Of a DNA stretch of 36,146 bases, positions 17,700 through 27,401 are shown in pieces. The stretch comes from Thermoproteota archaeon (GTDB lineage: Archaea; Korarchaeota; Korarchaeia; Korarchaeales; Korarchaeaceae). How positions within the stretch are numbered: position 1 is the first letter of the stretch; every line of letters begins with the position of its first letter. Position numbers and translations under genes: made by a program. The stretch covers positions 1 to 36,146 of the forward strand of contig JAOZGP010000024.1 in NCBI GenBank assembly GCA_027491735.1, given 5' to 3'. The notes beneath the pieces were generated by a model, which saw only the letters and a list, made by a program, of their open reading frames with translations, ran no database searches and was not told the origin of the DNA.

Positions 17700-18658
17700 C
17701 TTCTATCACTTCCGAAAAGCCAACACTTAACATATCTGCCGTCAATGACGTGAACGGGGGGTTCTTTCTCCCTACACAAATCTTCGGCATACGGACATCT
17801 TGGATGAAACCTACATCCTTTGGGTGGATTGGAGAGGTCAGGAGGATGTCCTGGGATCGATATGAGCTTCTGATCGTTAAGCTCAATGTTAGGTATGGCC
17901 TTGAGGAGGGCCTTTGTGTAGGGGTGAAGGGGATCTTTTGCTATGTCCACGCTTCTAGAGAACTCCATTATCCACCCTCCGTACATCACGGCCATCTTCT
18001 CGGTGGCCTCCAGTTCTAAGGCCAGATCATGGCTTATCATTACTATGGCTACCCTGAATTGATTCCGGAGGTTCTTGAATAAGTCTATTATCTGATCTTG
18101 GACAATTACGTCCAGAGCTGTCGTGGGTTCGTCTGCTATGACCAGTTTGGGGTTAAGGGCCAAGGCTAGGGCTATCATGACTCTCTGTCTCATCCCCCCG
18201 CTCATCTGATGAGGGTAGTCGTAAAATCTGTCGGGAGATATTCCCACATCCTGAAGAAGCTTTATTGCTCTTTCTTTGGCTTCTTTTTTGCTTATTTTCT
18301 CGTGTGTGAGTATTGTCTCGATTAAATGATCCCCTATCCTCATTAGTGGATCTAGGGATGTCATCGGATCCTGAAACACCATGGAGATCTCCCTTCCTCT
18401 TACAAACCTCATCTCCTTCTCGCTCAGGGGGACCAGATCCCTTCCATTGAGTAGAATTCTTCCGCCGACTATCTTGCCTGAAGGTGAAACAAGCTTCATT
18501 ATCGCTAAACCCAGGGTGCTCTTTCCACTACCGGACTCCCCGACAAGTCCGACCATCTCACCTTCCTCGACTTGAAAGTTCACTCGGTCAACGGCAAGAA
18601 CAGGAGGGGAGAATCTCTGCATGTAGCGGACGGATAAGTTCTCCACCTTCAGCAACAC
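17696..18658 (-). CDS. oppD: Oligopeptide/dipeptide ABC transporter ATP-binding protein
   Basis: GESGSGKS, YPHQMSGGMRQR, ADEPTTALD, GCRFHPRCP; GTG 18658 just after oppC stop preferred over 18712. Confidence 0.92.
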   Translation of the reverse strand: MLLKVENLSVRYMQRFSPPVLAVDRVNFQVEEGEMVGLVGESGSGKSTLGLAIMKLVSPSGKIVGGRILLNGRDLVPLSEKEMRFVRGREISMVFQDPMTSLDPLMRIGDHLIETILTHEKISKKEAKERAIKLLQDVGISPDRFYDYPHQMSGGMRQRVMIALALALNPKLVIADEPTTALDVIVQDQIIDLFKNLRNQFRVAIVMISHDLALELEATEKMAVMYGGWIMEFSRSVDIAKDPLHPYTKALLKAIPNIELNDQKLISIPGHPPDLSNPPKGCRFHPRCPYAEDLCREKEPPVHVIDGRYVKCWLFGSDRR

Positions 18659-18659
18659 A

Positions 18660-19520
18660 TCACTCCCCCCGCTTGGAGACAATGGTGTTGAGCCCTTCTC
18701 CGAGGAAACCAAAGCCCAAGGCCAGCAAGATTATCATTATTCCTGGGAAGGTCACAGGCCACCAAATACCTGATAGAAAGTACCTCTGTCCATTTTTGAG
18801 GTCAAAACCCCAGTCAGGGGTTGGAGCTGTGACGCTTAGGCCTAGAAAGCTGAGACCTGCTTCCGTGAGTATTGCATCAGCCACGTTCAGGGAGAAGATC
18901 ACGGCTATCAGGTATATCACATTGGGAAAAATGTATTTTGTTATTATCCTCCTGCTCTTAGCTCCTATCGCCCTAGCCGCCTCAATGAATAGCCTTTCTC
19001 TGAGCGATAATACCTCACCCCTTATCATTCTGAAGTAGGTCGGTATGTAGACGACCGCCAGTGAGAGGGCTGTGTTGTATATTCCAGGACCGAGCATCGC
19101 TGCTATCACAATGGCAAGTATGAGGCCCGGAAAGGCGTATATGCTATCCATTATGAGAGAGAGAATTCTGTCGAGAATTCCTCCCATGTAGCCTGAGATC
19201 AGACCCAATGGTATCCCGATCACCATGGAGAGGCCTGTCGACATAACTACTACCGTCAGTATGGTCCGAGATCCGTAGACTATCCTGCTGAACACATCCC
19301 TCCCTATGGAGTCAGTCCCCATTATGTACTTGGTGCACGGCGGATGTATGGCCGGGCCAACGGACTGCACCGGATCGTAAGGAGCTATGTAGTTAGCGAA
19401 TATCGCCATGATCAAAACGGCCATCACTGTTATCGATCCAAATATCACCAGATAACCATCTAATCCTGCCCCTGAGAGAGCCCTCTCGATTCCGGAGAAC
19501 ACGGAGGAGAAGCTCCTCAT
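18660..19520 (-). CDS. oppC: Oligopeptide/dipeptide ABC transporter permease
   Basis: GTDSIGRD, EAARAIGA loop, EAGLSFLGL, PDWG. Confidence 0.92.
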   Translation of the reverse strand: MRSFSSVFSGIERALSGAGLDGYLVIFGSITVMAVLIMAIFANYIAPYDPVQSVGPAIHPPCTKYIMGTDSIGRDVFSRIVYGSRTILTVVVMSTGLSMVIGIPLGLISGYMGGILDRILSLIMDSIYAFPGLILAIVIAAMLGPGIYNTALSLAVVYIPTYFRMIRGEVLSLRERLFIEAARAIGAKSRRIITKYIFPNVIYLIAVIFSLNVADAILTEAGLSFLGLSVTAPTPDWGFDLKNGQRYFLSGIWWPVTFPGIMIILLALGFGFLGEGLNTIVSKRGE

Positions 19521-19532
19521 CAAGATCACCTT

Positions 19533-20546
19533 TTAGTATCTCACTCTTGGATCGATGTATGCGTAGATCAAGTCCACAATCAGGCTTATCAAAGCAACAA
19601 AGATAGCGTAGAAAACTACAGTCCCCTGAACAGTCGTGAAGTCTCTATACTCTATTCTTTCCATGAGAAATGTTCCTATTCCCGGCCAGGAGAATGTTGT
19701 CTCAGTAAGAACGGCCCCGGCCAGAAGAAGAGCGAACTGTAGACCCATCATCGTGAGTATGGGTATTAGAGCATTTTTAAGACCGTGTTTGAAGAGGATC
19801 GATCTCTCTGGCAGACCCCTTGACTTACAAGCCCTTATGAAGTCCTGTCCGAGGACCTCTATGAGGCTCGACCTCACAAGTCTCGTGTATATGCCGCTCA
19901 GCACGATCCCTAAGGTCAGCGAAGGGAGCATTAGGTGTCGTATAGAACTGGACAAAGCTGGAAGATTCCAGGTCAGCATGCTGTCCAGAACGTATATTCC
20001 TGTTATATGTTTCGGAGTAAGGAGAGGGTTTATTCTTCCTCCAACAGGTAGAGCATGAAGCCAGACTCCAAAGATCAGTTGAAGCACCATACCAAACCAA
20101 GGTATGAAAAGAGAGTAAACAACTATGCTGTAGACCCTCATCGCAAAGTCCATCTTTCCGCCCTCTTTCACTCCTGCCACAACACCTGTAGCCAGTCCTA
20201 AGAGGACACTGAATATGAAGCCCCACACGGTCAGTTCCAAGGTGGCGGGAAAATGGTCCATGATTTCGTTAATCACTGGTCTTCTTCCCCATATCATCGA
20301 TCTCCCCAGATCTCCATGTAGAAGCCGATTCAGATAGTCCACATATTGCTCCCATAGAGGCTTATCTAGTCTGAGCTCATGCTCTAGCTGTTTTATGTAT
20401 CTCTGGGATGCTTTCATTCCCACCATAGCTATGACAGGATTTCCAGGAAGGACCCTCATGACGAAGAAAACAAGGGTAAGTAGGATGAATATCATGGGGA
20501 TCGTCAGGAGTACCCTCGTGATCACGTACGTCTTGAGAGAGGTCAT
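19533..20546 (-). CDS. oppB: Oligopeptide/dipeptide ABC transporter permease
   Basis: GDLGRS, PATLEL, HGLKNALIP, ETTFSWPGIG, IDPRVRY. Confidence 0.93.
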   Translation of the reverse strand: MTSLKTYVITRVLLTIPMIFILLTLVFFVMRVLPGNPVIAMVGMKASQRYIKQLEHELRLDKPLWEQYVDYLNRLLHGDLGRSMIWGRRPVINEIMDHFPATLELTVWGFIFSVLLGLATGVVAGVKEGGKMDFAMRVYSIVVYSLFIPWFGMVLQLIFGVWLHALPVGGRINPLLTPKHITGIYVLDSMLTWNLPALSSSIRHLMLPSLTLGIVLSGIYTRLVRSSLIEVLGQDFIRACKSRGLPERSILFKHGLKNALIPILTMMGLQFALLLAGAVLTETTFSWPGIGTFLMERIEYRDFTTVQGTVVFYAIFVALISLIVDLIYAYIDPRVRY

Positions 20547-20565
20547 TCAAGGTCACCCTCATTTT

Positions 20566-20589
20566 AGAGAAATAAAAAAGGAGAGAGGG
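20566..20589 (-). terminator. T-rich tract between oppA and oppB
   Basis: CCCTCTCTCCTTTTTTATTTCTCT on minus strand after oppA stop; probable partial terminator. Confidence 0.4.
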
Positions 20590-20606
20590 TGTTAGGGACG
20601 GAGAAC

Positions 20607-22259
20607 TTAGCCGCTCACCTGTTTGTATATCAGATAGTACCTCAACAGCATCATGGGATCCAGGACTATACCACCAACGCTCCTCTTAGATACAGCGTAT
20701 AATTTGCCCTGGAAGATAGGAACTATCCAAGCCTGGTCAGCTAAGATATCCTGGACCTTCTCATAAAGCTGAGCTCTCTTAGTCTGAGAGGTCTCTATCT
20801 GAGCCTTGTCTAGGAGCTCATCCACCGTGTTATTGCTGAATGGATTACCGAGCCATCTGTTAGCTCCAGTGTGAAGGAAGGGGTATAGATAGTCATCGGG
20901 GTCAAGATAGTCTGGGTACCAGCCGTATAGGGTTACAGGTAGCTGTCCCTTCCTGGTGAGCTCAAGATAGGTGCTCCACTCAGCACTCTTTACAGTCACC
21001 TCAACTAATCCAGTTTTCTCCCAGGCCTCCTTTATCAGAGATGCAACATCAGCTTCAGTACTTCCGTAATGAGAGGGGGTGTACCAGAGGGTTATCCTTA
21101 GCTTATGGTTCTCGCTGTATCCAGCCTTCTTGAGAAGCTTCTTGGCGAGCTCCAAGTCAGGACTGGCTCCGTACTTGTCCTTGAAGGAGTCCTTGTGACT
21201 CCACATGCCTTTTGGAACCAAGCTATAGAGGGGCTCTACGGTCCCAAGGAACACCTTCTGAACTATGGACTGTCTGTCAAGAGCAGCTGCAAGAGCCTGC
21301 CTGACCAACCTGTTGTCCAGTGGAGGCATCTTCGTATTAAAGACTATGTACCTTATATAGGAGCCTGCTCCCTCCCATACCTTGTAGTTGGAGTTCTTCT
21401 TCAGGCTTATTATATCAGATGGATTGAGCGTTCTCCAAGCTACATCTATCTCACCGCTCTGAAGAGCCAACCTCAAAGCGGTTGCATCTTTGTAAAACTT
21501 TATAACCACTGTCTTGGTCTTGGGAGATGCTCCGTAGTAGTAGGGGTTGGTCTCGAGAATGAGCTCTTGGTCCCTGACGAACTTCACGATTTTATAAGGA
21601 CCAACCCCACCAGCTGTGTTATCGGAGGAGATCTTGTCGGGGGGATATTTGCTAGAAGGTATTGGGGCATAGGTTGGAACGGCCAGCACAGCAGGATAGA
21701 AGGAGACGGGCTTCTTCAAGTCTATCTCCAATGTGTACGTGTCCAGAACCTTTACATCCTCCATGAAGTCAAGAACGAACCAGGAGGGATCTCCTTGGAT
21801 CCTGGCCACCCTCTCAATGGACCATTTGAGATCCTTCGCCGTGCATGGCGTGCCGTCAGCGAATTTAAGATCCTTTCTGAGGTGAAGTATGTATACCTTG
21901 CCTTCGTTACTTACTTCGTAGTTGGTTATTAGCTTCTTTTCTAGCTTGGTGGTTCCAGGAATGTAGCCGAGGGGAGCCTCCATCGTGTTATAGAACACCT
22001 CCCATGTGAAGAAGTCGTAAGCATTGGCTGGATCAAGGTCGGAGACCTTATCTGTAGTTCCTATGACTATAACGTCGGCGTATTTCTTCTGAGCTTGTTG
22101 CGTAGCGTTCGAAGGTGTCGTGGTTGGTTTGGTAGTTGTCGGAGTTGTTTGTTTGGAGGGTTGTTTATAGGAGAGTACTACAGCGGCTATGATCACTATT
22201 ATGATCGCCACTATAACTATCAGAACACCTTTCGATATGCCCGATCTTTTCATCCACAT
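20607..22259 (-). CDS. oppA: Family 5 (peptide) ABC substrate-binding protein
   Basis: LDPA, KFADGTP, GVGPY, VRQALA, GWYPDYLDP; N-terminal KRSG/ISK plus hydrophobic helix and Thr/Pro linker. Confidence 0.92.
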   Translation of the reverse strand: MWMKRSGISKGVLIVIVAIIIVIIAAVVLSYKQPSKQTTPTTTKPTTTPSNATQQAQKKYADVIVIGTTDKVSDLDPANAYDFFTWEVFYNTMEAPLGYIPGTTKLEKKLITNYEVSNEGKVYILHLRKDLKFADGTPCTAKDLKWSIERVARIQGDPSWFVLDFMEDVKVLDTYTLEIDLKKPVSFYPAVLAVPTYAPIPSSKYPPDKISSDNTAGGVGPYKIVKFVRDQELILETNPYYYGASPKTKTVVIKFYKDATALRLALQSGEIDVAWRTLNPSDIISLKKNSNYKVWEGAGSYIRYIVFNTKMPPLDNRLVRQALAAALDRQSIVQKVFLGTVEPLYSLVPKGMWSHKDSFKDKYGASPDLELAKKLLKKAGYSENHKLRITLWYTPSHYGSTEADVASLIKEAWEKTGLVEVTVKSAEWSTYLELTRKGQLPVTLYGWYPDYLDPDDYLYPFLHTGANRWLGNPFSNNTVDELLDKAQIETSQTKRAQLYEKVQDILADQAWIVPIFQGKLYAVSKRSVGGIVLDPMMLLRYYLIYKQVSG

Positions 22260-22478
22260 CCCTCCGAGAGGATTTATTTGATTACGTGTAGGGAGGAGAA
22301 ATATTTAACCTTGTTATCGTTGACACGGATATGTATAAAAAAATAAAGTTTCCACTAGGATGATAAGTTAAATATTCACACATTAGAAGGAGTAAAGCAC
22401 AATTTGAGAGGCCCGTTTGAAGAGAGTTTAGAGTTCCTTGACGTCATCGTCCAGAAAGAAACAGCACTCTAATGAAAA

Positions 22479-23687
22479 TTACTCATATCTGAGGGCCTCC
22501 GCTGGTTCCAGTTGAGCAGCCCGCATCGCTGGAGGGACAGCACCAAGAGTGGTTATCAGTAGGGTCGTGAGAAATATGGCCAGGGCAATCCAGGGTGGAA
22601 GAGTCGGCGCTATTATGGGCCTTATCTCACCATGAGGCGTGGACATCCCGAGCATTGGAGAGAGAATGTATGAGAGGGTCAATGCTCCAAGATATCCGGT
22701 GATCATCCCCAAGACTGTTCCTATTATTCCTATTATAAGTGACTCCATTAAGAACATCAAGGAGATGTCCTTTCTGGAAGCACCTATTGTTCTCATCACC
22801 CCGATTATCTTAACTCTCTCCGTCACTGCTGTGTACATAGCGTTCATCATCCCTATAGAAGCCACTACTATCGTCATGGCTGCTATACCACCCAGTATTA
22901 GCAAGGATATATCAATTATCTTGCTTATTCCCCTCTGTACGTCCTTCATAGCCACCGGAACAACCCTGTTCACCCCAAAATCGCTCCTTATCTCGTTGAG
23001 GACACCATCAACGTCCTTGACGCTGCTCGCTATCACTGCTATTATGGGGTAGTTGGATGTGTGAAGCACCTCTTTGCTGAGCTTTAATGCGAAGCCTATC
23101 GGGACTATCACCGAGTGATCAACGTCGGTGAATATGGCTGTGCCGTAGGGTTTTGCCACGGAAGATATCCTCAGGCTATCCTCTATTCCGGCCTGCTCCA
23201 CTCTGGCGGAGACTCCAACAAGGTCGGATGGCTCGTCGGAGAACTTCTTGGCTACATCGTAACCCATCACACAGCTACGCTCTGAGTAGCCCACAGGCAT
23301 TACTCCTTCCTCTAGGGAGATATCTGGGAGCACGTCGTGCACATAGTTCATGTCAATGCCCAGAAGTGTCACAGTCTCCTCGACGCCATAGAGCTTAAGA
23401 TTCACTGGCATGAAGATAATAGGAAAAGCTCTCTCTACTCCTGGTATACCTTCCAGCTTGTATAGATCCTGAGGCGTTAGGAGCTCAGACCTGGACATCA
23501 CAAATATCGTTCTCATGCTGGCCCCCTTGAAGAAATGACTCAGATAAACTCCATATCCTTCAGCATAGGACACGACTGCTGTCAAGGTAAGCACTCCCAC
23601 CATTATCCCTATAAGGGTGAGCAACGTCCTACGACGCCTGCTCATCATAGCTTTCGCTGAGAACCTAGCTATGTCGAGGAACCTCAA
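22479..23687 (-). CDS. MacB/FtsX-like ABC transporter permease
   Basis: RTLLTLIGIMVG, AVTERVKIIGVMRTIGA, PAMRAAQLEPAEALRYE. Confidence 0.9.
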   Translation of the reverse strand: MRFLDIARFSAKAMMSRRRRTLLTLIGIMVGVLTLTAVVSYAEGYGVYLSHFFKGASMRTIFVMSRSELLTPQDLYKLEGIPGVERAFPIIFMPVNLKLYGVEETVTLLGIDMNYVHDVLPDISLEEGVMPVGYSERSCVMGYDVAKKFSDEPSDLVGVSARVEQAGIEDSLRISSVAKPYGTAIFTDVDHSVIVPIGFALKLSKEVLHTSNYPIIAVIASSVKDVDGVLNEIRSDFGVNRVVPVAMKDVQRGISKIIDISLLILGGIAAMTIVVASIGMMNAMYTAVTERVKIIGVMRTIGASRKDISLMFLMESLIIGIIGTVLGMITGYLGALTLSYILSPMLGMSTPHGEIRPIIAPTLPPWIALAIFLTTLLITTLGAVPPAMRAAQLEPAEALRYE

Positions 23688-23702
23688 ATTGTAGCCCCCT
23701 CT

Positions 23703-25253
23703 TCACGATCTCTTAAAGAGGAATCTTCCTGTGACCAACCCAACGATGATCCCGGCTATTGCCACAACGACAAGGGAGGTCATGCCGTATCCCTGAGAAG
23801 TGGTCTCCTTCTCGACCGTACTGATGGGTTTTGCCACAGACACCTCCTTGGAGAGATGTTTTATGTATCCAGGAGCAGCCTCATAGCTTATCTCGACAGT
23901 GACCTTGTCAGGCATTTTTGATGATCCTGAAACCCTGCATGAGAGGAAGAAGCCTGCCGTATCTCCCTCGTTCACATCACCCACATAGTTGGAGATGTTG
24001 GCACACGGACCGTTTATTGCCACTACATTGACGTTCTTCGCGACTCTATCTCCCATGTTAGCTAAAGTTCCTGTGATTTTGAGTCTATCACCATTGAACG
24101 AGGCCTCTATATTCGTAACGGAGATTTTTGCTTCCTTCATGCCATTGAACCCTAGGGTTAGGCCTCTGCTCTCTGAGACGTAGCTTCCTTCATACAATCT
24201 TTTGTATGTTATGGTCGCTAGGAGTGCGTAGCTGCTGTGCTGTGAGGAGGGGAGCACCTTCACCAAGAGGGATCTGGATGCCCCTGGAGGGAGGTCCCCC
24301 ACGTATACGGATGAGGATCCCAGGACCAATATTCCGGAGCTTGACTGCATTGTTATAGTGACCCTCTCCGCTCTCTCATCACCCACGTTGCTCACCTTGA
24401 GCATCACGAGATTCATAACGCCTGGTCTCAGCTCTGTTCTGTTCACCTGAAGAATGATTTCAGGACCAAGTTCAGATCCGCTTCTCAGGAGTTTATATGT
24501 GAAGGACTCTGTGTGATGTTTAATCGAACCTTCGGATTCATAGGTGACCGAGATCGTTATGATCGTGAAGTTGTATTGAGAAGCCCCCTTGGGGACCTTC
24601 ACCCTAACAGGGAATCTGTAACGCTGACCTGGCTCGAGATACAGACTTAGGGATGATGAAGGGTTCAGGACCTGAACAAAGTCGGCTGAGACAATCACGG
24701 AACCGAGCTTCACCTCCTCCTTACCGAGGTTGATGATGCTGAAATAGAGCTCAGGTGCTGTTCCATCCTCCAAGGGCATCCAGGTGAGCTCTTGTATGTG
24801 TATTTTGTCTTGAGGGACAACTCTAAGGGTAAAACTTAGTTTCTGTGTTTCTTCAACTGCTTTCCTGTACTTAACAGTTAGATTGAATGTATACTCACCT
24901 GAGGCGGTGCTGGGTATCTTCACGGCGAAAGTAAGAGGGTAGACTGATTTTGGTGGAATAGTCGCAGTCTTCTCCTGGATCCCTGGATACACAACCTCAA
25001 AGCCCCTTCCACTGGGACTTGTGAGAGGAGAGGGTATACTCAAGTTTGCATATATGAGTTCCACGCTAAAGGTCCAATTGTTCTTCAGGAACACCGTAAA
25101 TGCGGACGTTGTCCCAGCTCTTCCGCCCCCTATCTGGTCTACAGTTCCCCACCTGACATATGAGATATGGAGAACGCCATCTGCTCCAACTTCGATTGGA
25201 AAGAAGATCAGGAGAGATACCAGAAGCAAGTATGATACGAGGAACCTCCTCAA
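23703..25253 (-). CDS. COG1361-like (S-layer domain/CARDB-type) surface protein
   Basis: Signal peptide, repeated Ig-like beta units (NVGDERAERV, NMGDRVAKNV, YVGDL), many NxS/T sequons, C-terminal TM plus basic tail; lies between ABC ATPase and permease. Confidence 0.7.
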   Translation of the reverse strand: MRRFLVSYLLLVSLLIFFPIEVGADGVLHISYVRWGTVDQIGGGRAGTTSAFTVFLKNNWTFSVELIYANLSIPSPLTSPSGRGFEVVYPGIQEKTATIPPKSVYPLTFAVKIPSTASGEYTFNLTVKYRKAVEETQKLSFTLRVVPQDKIHIQELTWMPLEDGTAPELYFSIINLGKEEVKLGSVIVSADFVQVLNPSSSLSLYLEPGQRYRFPVRVKVPKGASQYNFTIITISVTYESEGSIKHHTESFTYKLLRSGSELGPEIILQVNRTELRPGVMNLVMLKVSNVGDERAERVTITMQSSSGILVLGSSSVYVGDLPPGASRSLLVKVLPSSQHSSYALLATITYKRLYEGSYVSESRGLTLGFNGMKEAKISVTNIEASFNGDRLKITGTLANMGDRVAKNVNVVAINGPCANISNYVGDVNEGDTAGFFLSCRVSGSSKMPDKVTVEISYEAAPGYIKHLSKEVSVAKPISTVEKETTSQGYGMTSLVVVAIAGIIVGLVTGRFLFKRS

Positions 25254-25267
25254 GCAATCACCCCCCA

Positions 25268-25954
25268 TCATGAGCTCGCTACAGCTCCATCTCTCAACCT
25301 AACTATCCTGTCAGACTTCTCAGCCATCCTGGGATCATGAGTAGCCATTACAACTGTTCTGTTCTGATCAGTCAGCGATCTCAATATGTCCACTATCATC
25401 TCACCTTGTGTGGTTGACAGGTTGCCAGTCGGTTCGTCAGCCAGTATGATCTCCGGATCATTCGCCAGGGCCCTTGCTATGGCTACCCTTTGCTGTTCTC
25501 CTCCGCTTAGCTGAGTTGGCCTGTGATCAAGTCTTTCTCCAAGACCCAATGTGACAAGGAGCTCCCTTGCCCTTTCCCTACGCTTGGTAAGATCACATCC
25601 ACCTATGGCCATGGCTATCTCCACATTCTCAAGAGCAGTAAGCCATGGTATCAGGTTAAATGTTTGGAAGATGAATCCTATCGTTTTTCTTCTGAGCTCC
25701 GTTGCTTTCCTATCGCTGAGATCACTTGCGTCATATGAGAAAAGCTTCATCCTCCCCCGAGTGGGTTTTGTAAGGAGACCCATTATGGACAGGAGGGTGC
25801 TCTTACCACTTCCGGATGGACCCATTATGGAGACAAACTCCCCTCTGTATACTACGAGATTCACGTTTTTTAGTGCATACAGAACGGAATCCCCAGATCT
25901 GTAGGCCTTCCATATCCCCTCCAAGATGTAGGCCTTGTTGTTCATGAGGACCAT
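25268..25954 (-). CDS. ABC transporter ATP-binding protein (LolD/MacB/SalX-like)
   Basis: GPSGSGKST, GFIFQTFNL, LSGGEQQR, ADEPTGNL. Confidence 0.93.
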   Translation of the reverse strand: MVLMNNKAYILEGIWKAYRSGDSVLYALKNVNLVVYRGEFVSIMGPSGSGKSTLLSIMGLLTKPTRGRMKLFSYDASDLSDRKATELRRKTIGFIFQTFNLIPWLTALENVEIAMAIGGCDLTKRRERARELLVTLGLGERLDHRPTQLSGGEQQRVAIARALANDPEIILADEPTGNLSTTQGEMIVDILRSLTDQNRTVVMATHDPRMAEKSDRIVRLRDGAVASS

Positions 25955-25976
25955 CTGTATATCGATGTAGAAGCTC

Positions 25977-25984
25977 TATAAAAA
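25977..25984 (-). promoter_or_regulatory. TATA box (TTTTTATA) with BRE-like GAAAC
   Basis: 22 nt upstream of ATG 25954, no RBS; leaderless geometry. Confidence 0.6.
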
Positions 25985-26023
25985 GTTTCAGTTTATTAAA
26001 AATATCTATATAGACATTCACAT

Positions 26024-27397
26024 TTACGGAATTATGGACAGCATCGCTTCCCTGGCCAAGGCGAGGAGAGGACTCGGGACAAAGCCCAGGAGAAATATCA
26101 CAGCAGTTCCGAGAAGCATACCTACCTGAGCAGCTCTTGAGGGTGCTCCTTCTGTCATTAGCTCTCCTCCCTCAACGAAGCCCCATCTAAGCGGTTTTAT
26201 GTAGTACCATATAGAGATCACACTGCAGATCACCGCTATCGCCGTGAGCCACCACATACCTCCTCCGACTGCTCCTAAGAAGATAACATACTTCGTCCAG
26301 AACCCTGCCGTCAGGGGGATTCCTATCATCGTCATAAAGCTTACAGCCATAGAAAATAGAGTCAAAGGCGCTCTTCTTCTGAGACCAGCGAAGTCCTTGA
26401 AGTAGTCAGAGCCCGTGATCATCAGCACTTGCATGACGGTGGCGAAGGCCACGACCTTCATCACTGCATGCACAAAGATGTGAGAAAGACCTCCCACTAT
26501 GGCGCTGGAGGACAGAGCTGCGAGGGCCATAAGTATATATCCAGCATGGGCTATGCTTGAGTAGGCTAACATTCTCCTCGCGTTCTCCTGAACCAAAGCC
26601 GCTATATTTCCGTAGATCATCGTTAGAGCACTTATAATTGCAATTATTGGTACCCAGAGAACCTTTATTGGTAGGAGAGCGACTAAGAATATCTTAAAAG
26701 CCACCATAAAGGCCATCGTCTTTGTTATAGCACTTAAAACCCCACCGACTACAGGAAGAGCTCCCTGATAGGTATCAGGCATCCAGACGAAGAAGGGGAA
26801 GGCGGCCATCTTGTAGCCAAGGGCGGATATGAGGAACACCACCCCAAGCAGAGTAACTGGATTTCCTGTTATCGTTCGGGAGATCGAGACATAGTTTAGA
26901 CTTCCCGTAGACCCAGCAATCAGACCAATGCCGAATATCAGAGCTCCAAAACTCGCAAGCCCTATAACTAGATATTTCATCCCAGCTTCAGCCCCGAAGA
27001 TATCCTTCTTCAGTGACACGAGGACATAGCTTGAGAGGGTCGACAACTGCCAAGCGACAAGCATTGATATGAAATCGTCTGCTGCTGAAGCCAGTACAGC
27101 TCCCAAAGCTGTCAGAATAAGCAAACCGTTGTAAAGGCCAGGTCTTTCCGTCTTCATAAGCTCTCCTGAGAGAACTATTATAAGTAGGGATATTCCAACC
27201 GCCAAGGAGGCTAGCTTGAAGAAGGAGTTAAGGCTATAGGCGAACAACTGCCTGTCCGGTAGAAAGACGGAGAGTATGAGGAGGAGCGATGATGTAGAGG
27301 AAAACAGGGATGCTAGCCTGTCTGCATTCTTTAGAAGGTCGACAGCTAGGTCAGCAAGCCCGAGGACCAGAACAACAAACACCACGTACTCCAGCAA
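26024..27397 (-). CDS. nuoN: Complex I-like subunit N
   Basis: EAGMKY, YKMAAFPFFVWMPDTYQGA, RMLAYSSIAHAGY, GIPLTAGFWTKY. Confidence 0.92.
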   Translation of the reverse strand: MLEYVVFVVLVLGLADLAVDLLKNADRLASLFSSTSSLLLILSVFLPDRQLFAYSLNSFFKLASLAVGISLLIIVLSGELMKTERPGLYNGLLILTALGAVLASAADDFISMLVAWQLSTLSSYVLVSLKKDIFGAEAGMKYLVIGLASFGALIFGIGLIAGSTGSLNYVSISRTITGNPVTLLGVVFLISALGYKMAAFPFFVWMPDTYQGALPVVGGVLSAITKTMAFMVAFKIFLVALLPIKVLWVPIIAIISALTMIYGNIAALVQENARRMLAYSSIAHAGYILMALAALSSSAIVGGLSHIFVHAVMKVVAFATVMQVLMITGSDYFKDFAGLRRRAPLTLFSMAVSFMTMIGIPLTAGFWTKYVIFLGAVGGGMWWLTAIAVICSVISIWYYIKPLRWGFVEGGELMTEGAPSRAAQVGMLLGTAVIFLLGFVPSPLLALAREAMLSIIP

Positions 27398-27401
27398 GCT
27401 A

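Noticed and set aside
21105-21932. 275-aa plus-strand ORF (likewise 14436..15107, 18484..19038, 11474..11989 and other nested ORFs)
   Set aside because: Antisense or off-frame to well-supported genes, with no motifs of their own
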